Shown here: in pieces, positions 19,011 to 26,698 of the stretch
How the letters are laid out: each line of letters begins with the position of its first letter
Numbering within the stretch: position 1 is the first letter of the stretch
NCBI GenBank assembly: GCA_965207885.1
Contig: OZ242311.1
Coordinates: 1,472,001 to 1,536,000 of the forward strand
Source of the DNA: Candidatus Latescibacterota bacterium
GTDB lineage: Bacteria; Latescibacterota; UBA2968
DNA length: 64,000 nt
Reading direction: 5' to 3'
The notes under the pieces: generated by a model
Told to the model about the DNA's origin: nothing
The model's database searches: none
The model's input: only the letters and a program-made list of their open reading frames with translations
Made by a program: the position numbers and the translations under genes

Positions 19011-20300
19011 AAATGTGAGCAGGACGCATGTTCCTTTGTTCGGTTGGCTCGTAATATCGATCTGTCCTCCGTGTGCCTCCATGATTTTCTTGCATACGCT
19101 CATGCCCAAGCCATAGCCGCCAGTTTGTTTGGAGCGAGATTTATCCACGCGATAGAAGGGCTCGAAGATGCGGGGGAGATCGTCTTTTGGGATGCCTGAT
19201 CCGTAGTCTTGCACCTTGACAAAAATCTTCCCTTGCTCCCGGGCACAGGTGACTTCGATGGGATCTTTCGCGTTGGAGTGTCTGGTGGCATTCGAGAGGA
19301 GATTGTTGAGGACCGTTGTTACTCTTGTTGGGTCGACGCTCACTATGAGATCTTCAGGCGAGCATTGGAGGACGACGCCAGGTTTTTGGTTTTGGTAATT
19401 CTTGCACGTATCCATTAGGAGATCAAGGATATTGATCGGTTCGAGTTGGAGTCCTCCATAGGAGCTGTTTAGGCGCTCAGTTTCGAGAATTTCTGTCACC
19501 ATTGCTTCCATATGCTTGATGTTTCTGTGGAGGGTTTGCTTGGTCTTGTCGTGCTTGAGAAACTCCAGAGCTACTAGCATGCGCGTTAGCGGTGAGCGTA
19601 ACTCGTGACTCACGTCGAGTAGCAACTGGTCGCGGGTCTGGAGTGACTCACGGATTTGCTGGGTCATATGGTTGAACGAGAGTGCGAGCTGGCCAAGCTC
19701 GTCGACGCTATTGGTCTTGATCTCAAAGTCGAGGTTGCCTTCCCCAATTGCCCTTACGCCCTCATGTAGTGCTTTTATGGGTTTGAGTTGGTTGCGAAGT
19801 ATGAGGTAGATGGCGAAGAAGGAGAATATGACGAGTCCAAGTGAGATGAGATCATAGAGTTCATTTTGATATAGATCTTTGAGGAGATTGAGCTGATAGT
19901 GGCCATGGTCTGATTGCAGATCTACGAATATGCCTCCGCTTTCCTCGCTGATCATGATCCTGACTCGATCATCCTCCTCATAGGGGATCAGGGCCTCTCT
20001 CTTCTTCACCTGCATGTCGGGGTCACTTTGCCAAATGACGCCGTTGCTTTCATACCTGATGTCTACTTGTAGGCTGTCTGCTGTTTGTTGTAGTCGATGC
20101 GGATCGGGTTGTGGTCCAAGGTCGGCTACAATGCCTTGTGCGTGCCTCACCATGAGGCCTGATAATAGGGCTGGTAGAATACTGCTTCGTAGTTCACGGT
20201 CTTCAAGCCAGAGGAGGAGGGCTGTCATGATTGCGATGGTGAGGAAGAACAGTAGGGAGATCCTTAGAAAGAGCGACCGCTTGATATTGAAGAGTCTCAT
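19005..20300 (-). CDS. HAMP-domain sensor histidine kinase (CpxA-like)
   Basis: Two TM segments, HAMP (DELGQLALSFNHM), H-box VSHELRSPLTR, N-box NLLSNA, and G-boxes DYGSGI and GGYGLGM. Confidence 0.93.
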   Translation of the reverse strand: MRLFNIKRSLFLRISLLFFLTIAIMTALLLWLEDRELRSSILPALLSGLMVRHAQGIVADLGPQPDPHRLQQTADSLQVDIRYESNGVIWQSDPDMQVKKREALIPYEEDDRVRIMISEESGGIFVDLQSDHGHYQLNLLKDLYQNELYDLISLGLVIFSFFAIYLILRNQLKPIKALHEGVRAIGEGNLDFEIKTNSVDELGQLALSFNHMTQQIRESLQTRDQLLLDVSHELRSPLTRMLVALEFLKHDKTKQTLHRNIKHMEAMVTEILETERLNSSYGGLQLEPINILDLLMDTCKNYQNQKPGVVLQCSPEDLIVSVDPTRVTTVLNNLLSNATRHSNAKDPIEVTCAREQGKIFVKVQDYGSGIPKDDLPRIFEPFYRVDKSRSKQTGGYGLGMSVCKKIMEAHGGQIDITSQPNKGTCVLLTFP

Positions 20301-20992
20301 ACTGCCTCTGTGGCGCCGAGAAACATGTATCCTGCGCCGCGAATCGTTCGTATGTAGCGAGGGTTTTTCGGGTCGTCTTTTAGCTTGTTGCGTATTCTGG
20401 ATATGAGGACATCAACTGAGCGGTCGAAGGCCTCCCAGTCTATTCCTCGAATATTCTGCATGATATAGCCTCGACTGAGGACTCTTCCCTGGCTTTGGAC
20501 GAGCAGAGCCAGCATTTCGAATTCTGTTGTTGTGAGATTCAAGGCGACGCCATCGAGTGTGGCGGTATATTTCTCCAAGCTAATTTTGAGACTGCCGACG
20601 TGGAGAAGGTCTTTCTTGGCCGGCTTGTGCCCTCGTCTGAGGACTGCTTGTATTCTCGCGACCAGCTCTCTTGCTTCAAATGGCTTGGGTAGGTAGTCGT
20701 CTGCTCCGAGTTCGAGTCCGACGACACGATCTGTGATGTCCCCACGGGCCGTGAGCATAATAATGGGCAGCGTATTTGTTTCTCGGATGGTCTTGCACAC
20801 CTTGAATCCATCCAATTCTGGTAACATGACATCAAGAATGACCAGGTCGAAGTCGCTTGTTCCAAGAAGCTCGAGCCCCTTAGACGGGCTGTGCACAGCG
20901 GTTATCTGGTAGCCGAAGTCTCCCAAGTAGGTCTCTAAGAGATCGGTGAGTTCTTGGTCATCATCGATGATTAGTATTGAATCCATTACCAT
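20297..20992 (-). CDS. OmpR/CpxR-family response regulator
   Basis: IIDDD, LDVMLPELDG, GADDYLPKPF, DRSVDVLISRIRNKL and IRTIRGAGY; overlaps the HK start by 4 nt. Confidence 0.95.
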   Translation of the reverse strand: MVMDSILIIDDDQELTDLLETYLGDFGYQITAVHSPSKGLELLGTSDFDLVILDVMLPELDGFKVCKTIRETNTLPIIMLTARGDITDRVVGLELGADDYLPKPFEARELVARIQAVLRRGHKPAKKDLLHVGSLKISLEKYTATLDGVALNLTTTEFEMLALLVQSQGRVLSRGYIMQNIRGIDWEAFDRSVDVLISRIRNKLKDDPKNPRYIRTIRGAGYMFLGATEAV

Positions 20993-21061
20993 GAGTCCTA
21001 TGAGTCCTTGCTTCTGTAAGGGAAAGAAAACCTTGTAGTGTAAATGGATTTTTTCTGCTTT

Positions 21062-21076
21062 GTAACAGATTGTAAC
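21062..21076. promoter_or_regulatory. GTAAC-N5-GTAAC tandem box, putative autoregulatory site of the RR-HK operon
   Basis: GTAACagattGTAAC, 70 nt upstream of the RR start. Confidence 0.6.
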
Positions 21077-21134
21077 CGTGGAGGGGGGTGTTACGGTAGG
21101 GTGGGATTCGGTCCAGGTACATCATTTACACATC

Positions 21135-21182
21135 AGTCCGGATTAGCTATACTAACGTTTTCATCCGCGAGAAGTTCCCCTC
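21135..21182. repeat. 48-bp direct repeat, right copy (island boundary)
   Basis: AGTCCGGATTAGCTATACTAACGTTTTCATCCGCGAGAAGTTCCCCTC; 7 nt from the flippase stop. Confidence 0.95.
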
Positions 21183-21189
21183 TACATAT

Positions 21190-22137
21190 TCACCGCCGCA
21201 CCGCCATCAAAACAAATCCAAAAAACACCCAGAAAATTTTCCTGATACGCCGGATCAATGCAACGCCCAATCCCAATTCTGGCGTCAACCCCAACAATTG
21301 AAAAAGAAACACATGCCCACTCTCAAAAACACCGACACCAGATGGAATAAAGAAAAACGCCGTGTTTATAATCAACGACAAAGACGTGAGCAAAAAAGCG
21401 GTCAAAAAAGATTGTGGCTGTCCCAACAGGCTGAGAATCGCATACACTTCAAAAGTTCCCAAAACCCAACTCAGCATGTGCAGTGCCATACACAGCCAGA
21501 ACCCCAGGCGATTCTGCCGGTAAAATGCCGCAATCGTCCGATCAACTTCTTCAAACTTTTCACGCTTCGACTCCAAAAAAGAGAGACGCAACTTCTTCAA
21601 AACATCCAGCAACCATACAGAAGCCCGTTGGCGCTGAGACATATACGCCGCCACAATTCCAACCGTACCCAACACCAGGGCAACCCCCAATCCAATCTGC
21701 ACCTCTACTGAAAGCGGAAACATGCCCACGGCCAACCCCGTGCCAACCAGCGCGAAGACCAGGCCACTCACCAGTTCAACCGTCTTATTGATCACCAGAG
21801 AGGGTACACCCTGCGTCACAGAAACCCGGTCGCGCAACATATACGCTTTGGCCACCTCACCACCCACATGGGAAGCCGGTGTGACATTGCCAATAGCTTC
21901 TCCCGATAACTTTGTGCAAAAAAGTGACCAAAAATGCGGACGCTCGCCATTAAAACACATCGCCCATGCCCACGTATTGCTCACATGCCAGCCCAATGCA
22001 ATGAGCAAAACAGGTACATAGCCCCACCCCATCTGCCGCACTTGCGTCCAGGCGGCGATAATCCCAACCTCGTAAATCAACACCGCCAGCAGCGTTAACC
22101 CAATGCCCCACAACATCACCCTGCGCGCAGTTTTCAT
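21190..22137 (-). CDS. Lysylphosphatidylglycerol-synthase TM / UPF0104 flippase-like membrane protein
   Basis: GNVTPASHVGGEVAKAYML and FFIPSGVGVFE...ALIRR motifs; about 8 TM segments. Confidence 0.88.
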   Translation of the reverse strand: MKTARRVMLWGIGLTLLAVLIYEVGIIAAWTQVRQMGWGYVPVLLIALGWHVSNTWAWAMCFNGERPHFWSLFCTKLSGEAIGNVTPASHVGGEVAKAYMLRDRVSVTQGVPSLVINKTVELVSGLVFALVGTGLAVGMFPLSVEVQIGLGVALVLGTVGIVAAYMSQRQRASVWLLDVLKKLRLSFLESKREKFEEVDRTIAAFYRQNRLGFWLCMALHMLSWVLGTFEVYAILSLLGQPQSFLTAFLLTSLSLIINTAFFFIPSGVGVFESGHVFLFQLLGLTPELGLGVALIRRIRKIFWVFFGFVLMAVRR

Positions 22138-22151
22138 TTGCTATCTATCCC

Positions 22152-22183
22152 AAAAGAAACGGCGACCAAAATGCGCCGCCGTT
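22152..22183 (-). terminator. Putative rho-independent terminator after the TPR-PPIase gene
   Basis: AACGGCG/CGCCGTT stem followed by TCTTTT on the minus strand. Confidence 0.45.
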
Positions 22184-22209
22184 CGTCAATAGTGTCTTAT
22201 AGAACACCG

Positions 22210-23718
22210 TCAATTAACCCGCATAATCACGTGATAGCCCAGAGGGGTTTTGACAACCCCACTGACTTCATTGGGTTTGAGCTTCATCACTGCGGCTTCA
22301 AAATCCGGATGCAAATCGCCCTTAGAGAAAAACCCCGTACTTCCGCCATTTTCTTTTGAAGGATCAATAGAATAACTCCTCGCCAAAGCGGCAAAATCTT
22401 CTCCGGCTTTGAGCTTGTTCAAAATTTCCTGAGCCTCAATTTCCGTCTTCACCAGAATATGCCGCACCCGCATCTTGCCCGCCTGAATCGACTTAATAAT
22501 ATCCAGATTGCCCTGTGCATCGCGCAGCGTACTGGCATCCTTGCTTTCGGCCATTGCCGTTTCATATGCTCTTCTCGCCTTGTCAAAATCTCCCCGAGCC
22601 GAATAAATAAACCCCAGATTGTTGTGAACTTCGGCATCTTTGGGATCAATTGCCAATACCTTCTCGTAAATCACACCTGCAGAATCGACCTTCTCTTCGC
22701 CCAAATACAGCAATGCCAACCGCTTATAGGGCGCAATCCACCTGGGCGCGCGCGAGATACAGGTCAACAGTTCAGTCTTGCCCTGTGCAATATTGCCCTT
22801 AGCCACATAGACTTCTGCCAGCCGAAATCGCACCAAATTGCCATCGGGCGCGCGTTCCAAAATGCCCAGCATCTCGCCAATACTGGCGTCAAAATTACCC
22901 CTGGCTGCGTACAACTGGGCAAGTGCATCGCGCACCTCGAGATCATCCGGAGCGAGATCGCGCACCTTTTCCCAGGCTGTCTGTGCAATATCCAAAGAAT
23001 CCACTTCTGCACTCATAAAACCGAGTGCGCGATACACCGACGGATCTTCTGGCGCAGCCTCAACAGCCTGTCGATATGCCGAAAATGCCTGCTGCGTCAT
23101 CCCCAGCGCGTGAAAAACCCCGCCCCGATTGACCATCAACATCACATTGTCCGGATTGGCAGCAAGGCCGCGGTCCATAACGGCGATAGCACTGAGTGTA
23201 TCGCCAACCGCAATATGGGTCAGCGCCAGAGATTGATACGCCTCGATAAAATCGGAACGGCGTTTGAGTGCCGCTTCAAAATCGGCGATAGCTTCTCTGG
23301 GCTTGCCCAGATCGCTATTGAGAGATGCGCGTTCTGCCAGAAGCAAAGCGGGTTCATCGCTTTGCCCAATACCTCGATCCAGTGCAGAAAGAGCCTGAGA
23401 AATTTTGCCCTGCCGAGCAAACACCAGCGCCAGATCGCGATATCCGCGAACAGAACCTGGTTTTATCTCCACTACCTTTTGAAAAGCGGCCACCGCAGCG
23501 TCCAATTGCCCAGCCTCTGCGTAAAGCGTACCCAAAAAACCGTGCGCTCCCACACTATCGGCATGTGCCTCGGCAAAAGCGCGCGCCACCTCGAGGGCAT
23601 CGTCAATTTTGCCCTCGCTATAATGCGCCTCAATCTCTTTCAAAAAATCCCGCGCATCCACAACCGGGGCCTGAAAAAATATCATACCCCATACAAAACA
23701 CAGCATCCACCGTTTCAA
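22210..23718 (-). CDS. Secreted TPR-repeat protein with C-terminal PpiC/parvulin rotamase domain
   Basis: About 10 TPR units; C-terminal VRHILVK...FAALARSYSID...GG...FEAAV...VSGVVKTPLGYHVI. Start set at TTG 23718 (GGAGG upstream). Confidence 0.9.
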   Translation of the reverse strand: MKRWMLCFVWGMIFFQAPVVDARDFLKEIEAHYSEGKIDDALEVARAFAEAHADSVGAHGFLGTLYAEAGQLDAAVAAFQKVVEIKPGSVRGYRDLALVFARQGKISQALSALDRGIGQSDEPALLLAERASLNSDLGKPREAIADFEAALKRRSDFIEAYQSLALTHIAVGDTLSAIAVMDRGLAANPDNVMLMVNRGGVFHALGMTQQAFSAYRQAVEAAPEDPSVYRALGFMSAEVDSLDIAQTAWEKVRDLAPDDLEVRDALAQLYAARGNFDASIGEMLGILERAPDGNLVRFRLAEVYVAKGNIAQGKTELLTCISRAPRWIAPYKRLALLYLGEEKVDSAGVIYEKVLAIDPKDAEVHNNLGFIYSARGDFDKARRAYETAMAESKDASTLRDAQGNLDIIKSIQAGKMRVRHILVKTEIEAQEILNKLKAGEDFAALARSYSIDPSKENGGSTGFFSKGDLHPDFEAAVMKLKPNEVSGVVKTPLGYHVIMRVN

Positions 23719-23775
23719 AACGCAACCTCCATCCTTGACAACAGCAACACAACACAATATAATCACTTCTCACCT

Positions 23776-24336
23776 ATGAAAACTTTAAAACAAAACACCG
23801 TACCACTCATAGCCTTTCTAATCGCGGGAAGTACAGCGATACTCGCTTACGACCACTTGTCCTACGTAATTCCCTATGTGGTCTTTAAGTATCCCATCGC
23901 CATTGTCGTACTCTACGCATTTTTTCGGCTCATCGCATTTGCAGAGCGTAGGCGCAGTGCCCAACTCGACGAAGTGGGCTTGCTTCGGCCTCTGCGCGAC
24001 GGTGCATTCCTCGTATGCCTGCACGCGCACCTGCGCGACCTCGGCATAGACCTGAACCTTTTATCATCGGCATCCAGCATGCACCTCGGCCTGTTATCCT
24101 GGGCAGTCGCCCTCATCGGATATTACGCCCTTGAGCAACCCGGAGGACTACCCGGTCGCACAATCGCTATCCTGTCCTCTTCTGCCACGCGCATCACAGT
24201 CTGCCGCGGACTCATCATCTCGGGACTGATAGGCGTAATCGGCACATTCGCGGCAATTGTCCAGCCTCTCTGGCTCGGTCTCCCCCTGCTTCTGGTATTC
24301 ATTCGCGCCTATCTGCGTTCCGGAGACGGATCGTGA
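23776..24336 (+). CDS. Hypothetical membrane protein, 186 aa
   Basis: Hydrophobic C-terminal part of the track's 625-aa ORF, from MKTLKQNTVPLIAF; overlaps the next gene's start. Confidence 0.7.
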   Translation: MKTLKQNTVPLIAFLIAGSTAILAYDHLSYVIPYVVFKYPIAIVVLYAFFRLIAFAERRRSAQLDEVGLLRPLRDGAFLVCLHAHLRDLGIDLNLLSSASSMHLGLLSWAVALIGYYALEQPGGLPGRTIAILSSSATRITVCRGLIISGLIGVIGTFAAIVQPLWLGLPLLLVFIRAYLRSGDGS

Positions 24337-25217
24337 ACGTAGAAAATGAACGCCTCAACACCCGCGCCGCCCTGCTCAACCTCTTGACGGCAATCCTCTG
24401 GGGTGGCAATTCCGTATCCATCAAACTCGGGCTTTCTGGTATTCCACCGCTTTGCCTGGCCGGCATGCGTTTCTTGCTCGGCGGACTCGTCGTCTATATT
24501 TGGACGCGCCCCCTGAAGATCGACCTGAAACTCAAATCCAACGAGAGACGAGGCATTGTCGGCCTCATTTTTATTTTTCTCGCGCAGATCTACCTGCTCA
24601 ATGCGGGAACCGATTACACCCTCGCCAGCCGCTCGACCATCTTTATCTCTGCCTATCCCTTCTTCACCGCCTCGTTTGCACACATCTTTATACCGGGTGA
24701 CAAAATCAGCACGCGCAAAATGATCGGCATGGTATTGTCTTTTCTCGGCGTAATACTCATCTTTGCCGAAAGCCTATCACTCGGCGAACTTCAACATCTT
24801 TTAGGGGACACCCTCGTGCTCGCAAGTGCCGCTCTGCTCGGTGCTCGCCAGGTTTATCTCAAGCGCCTCGTCCAGAACATACACCCCGGAAAAGTCTTGA
24901 TCTGGCAATCCGCCCCCAGCGTACCCATCTTTTTTTTACTCAGCGCACTATTTGAAACACAGACCATTCAACTCGATATCCGCGTCCTGAGTGCCGTTCT
25001 CTATCAGGGTCTCGTCGTCGCGGGATTCTGCTTTATCCTCCTCACCAGCCTGCTAAAACGCTATTCGGCCAGCCGCCTCTCTGTATTTGGATTCATCACC
25101 CCAATTGTCGGTGTCGTCGTCAGCAACCTTCTCCTCGGCGACCCCATCTCACCCGCCATTCTCCTCAGCCTCGCACTCGTGGGCATCGGCATCACCATTG
25201 TCAATACATCACAGTAA
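24333..25217 (+). CDS. DMT/EamA family transporter
   Basis: AILWGGNSVSIK...PPL..AGMRF; two EamA repeats, about 10 TM. Confidence 0.9.
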   Translation: MNVENERLNTRAALLNLLTAILWGGNSVSIKLGLSGIPPLCLAGMRFLLGGLVVYIWTRPLKIDLKLKSNERRGIVGLIFIFLAQIYLLNAGTDYTLASRSTIFISAYPFFTASFAHIFIPGDKISTRKMIGMVLSFLGVILIFAESLSLGELQHLLGDTLVLASAALLGARQVYLKRLVQNIHPGKVLIWQSAPSVPIFFLLSALFETQTIQLDIRVLSAVLYQGLVVAGFCFILLTSLLKRYSASRLSVFGFITPIVGVVVSNLLLGDPISPAILLSLALVGIGITIVNTSQ

Positions 25218-25305
25218 ACCTCTCCCAAAACAACAGCCTATCAATCTATGCGGTCTCATTATACGCCGCAAGAAAAAACTGGTTTCAAAACCCAATGTAC
25301 GCGCT

Positions 25306-26685
25306 CTACTCGAGCCGAATATCTGGCAACTCAAAATCATCGCCCGTATCTTCAATCCACTGTGCGAGACGCTCGTGGCATCTCTCCTTCTCCTTCTGAA
25401 ACGCCCTGTTATAAACGTAATTCGCCTGCTCATACGGATCATCCGCCGTATTGAAAAGCAACCAATCATTACTTGGCGTACACGCGTATTTCCACCCATC
25501 TCGCATCACCACAGCCCGCCACGCCTTGTTCACAGTGTGCGAATGCATCTTTCGGGGAATCTGCTGCAAATACGCCGAATCGGGTTCTGCATTTCTATTG
25601 GGCTTGCCTTTGAACTCGGCGGCATTGCTGGAAATACAGTGACCAGAATAATCGTGCCCGACCATGCCCTCGGGAACGGGAATACCGCAAAGCCCCAGCG
25701 TCGTAGGTGCAATATCGACGTGATTGATCACCGCATCGGTAGATCCCGTATTCATATTAGCACCACCCCCCACCTTGCCGATAATAAACGGAATGCGGAT
25801 CGACTCTTCCCACGGCGATGATTTGCCCGTCTGCGCGTGGCTCCACAGCATATCGCCGTGATCGGAAAAGAAAATCACATAAGTCTCCCGATCAACACCC
25901 ATATCTTTGAGTGCCAGGCGAATCCGCCCCACATTGTAATCCAGATTCTCCACCATCGCGTAATAACCCGCGTGATCCAGGGTTGCCCGCTCGCGGATCC
26001 GGGGGACAACCGGCACATTGCGCCGAAGCTGAATATCCGACGGATGAATCCGGGACGCCCCGCGCTCTGGATTGGTAGGCGGCACAAAGGGATTGTGGGG
26101 CGGCTGCACTGAAAGCACGGCAAAAAACGGCTGATAGTCTTCTTCACCACCCACATGATCCGCGAGATGGTCCAAAAACAAGGTCGTCAAGCTATCGGTT
26201 TCATATCCGTCCAAACGCCGGGGCGTTTCGCCCTCCGAGCCATAAACATAGCACTCGTTCTGATTGTTATTATTCTCATATCCCATCCAGTACTGAAAAT
26301 TCCCCCTGCGCTCGGGAGGAACACAGTTCTCCCGCGCATTGGACCCGTCCAAATGCCACTTGCCCACATAAGCTGTGTGATACCCAGCATCATTAAAAGG
26401 TATAGCAACAGTCGGAATCGCCGGATCCAGCGGAGACGGCGTCTGCGTCACCCCATTCTGATGCGGATAAGTACCCGTCATTAGCGCGCCGCGAAAAGGC
26501 GAGCACCACGGCGCACCGGAAACCGCACAGTCAAAACGCATACCCTCCCGCGCGAGATTGTCGATATTCGGCGTAAACACATTGGGATCACCCCGATAGC
26601 TCAATGCGTGTGCGCGGTGTTGATCCCCAAAAACCCAGATCACATTCGGTTTGCGTACAGGGCGAAACGAAAATTGTTCACTCAT
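25306..26685 (-). CDS. Sulfatase (FGly-dependent)
   Basis: KPNVIWVFGDQHR, CSPFRG (CxPxR), GKWHL and SDHGDM motifs. Confidence 0.92.
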   Translation of the reverse strand: MSEQFSFRPVRKPNVIWVFGDQHRAHALSYRGDPNVFTPNIDNLAREGMRFDCAVSGAPWCSPFRGALMTGTYPHQNGVTQTPSPLDPAIPTVAIPFNDAGYHTAYVGKWHLDGSNARENCVPPERRGNFQYWMGYENNNNQNECYVYGSEGETPRRLDGYETDSLTTLFLDHLADHVGGEEDYQPFFAVLSVQPPHNPFVPPTNPERGASRIHPSDIQLRRNVPVVPRIRERATLDHAGYYAMVENLDYNVGRIRLALKDMGVDRETYVIFFSDHGDMLWSHAQTGKSSPWEESIRIPFIIGKVGGGANMNTGSTDAVINHVDIAPTTLGLCGIPVPEGMVGHDYSGHCISSNAAEFKGKPNRNAEPDSAYLQQIPRKMHSHTVNKAWRAVVMRDGWKYACTPSNDWLLFNTADDPYEQANYVYNRAFQKEKERCHERLAQWIEDTGDDFELPDIRLE

Positions 26686-26698
26686 AGAAAAAACCTTT

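Larger units (their letters stand above)
15131..21134. mobile_element. Putative horizontally acquired island of about 6.0 kb with no integrase
   Basis: Bounded by the 48-bp direct repeat; contains gene fragments (nitrilase, IS1380) and a self-contained RR/HK/TBDR/DUF4249 set; interrupts a functionally coherent lipid locus. Confidence 0.75.

Noticed and set aside
22459-23775. N-terminal part of the 625-aa plus-strand ORF 22459..24336
   Set aside because: Antisense shadow of the TPR-PPIase gene; only the hydrophobic part from ATG 23776 looks real.
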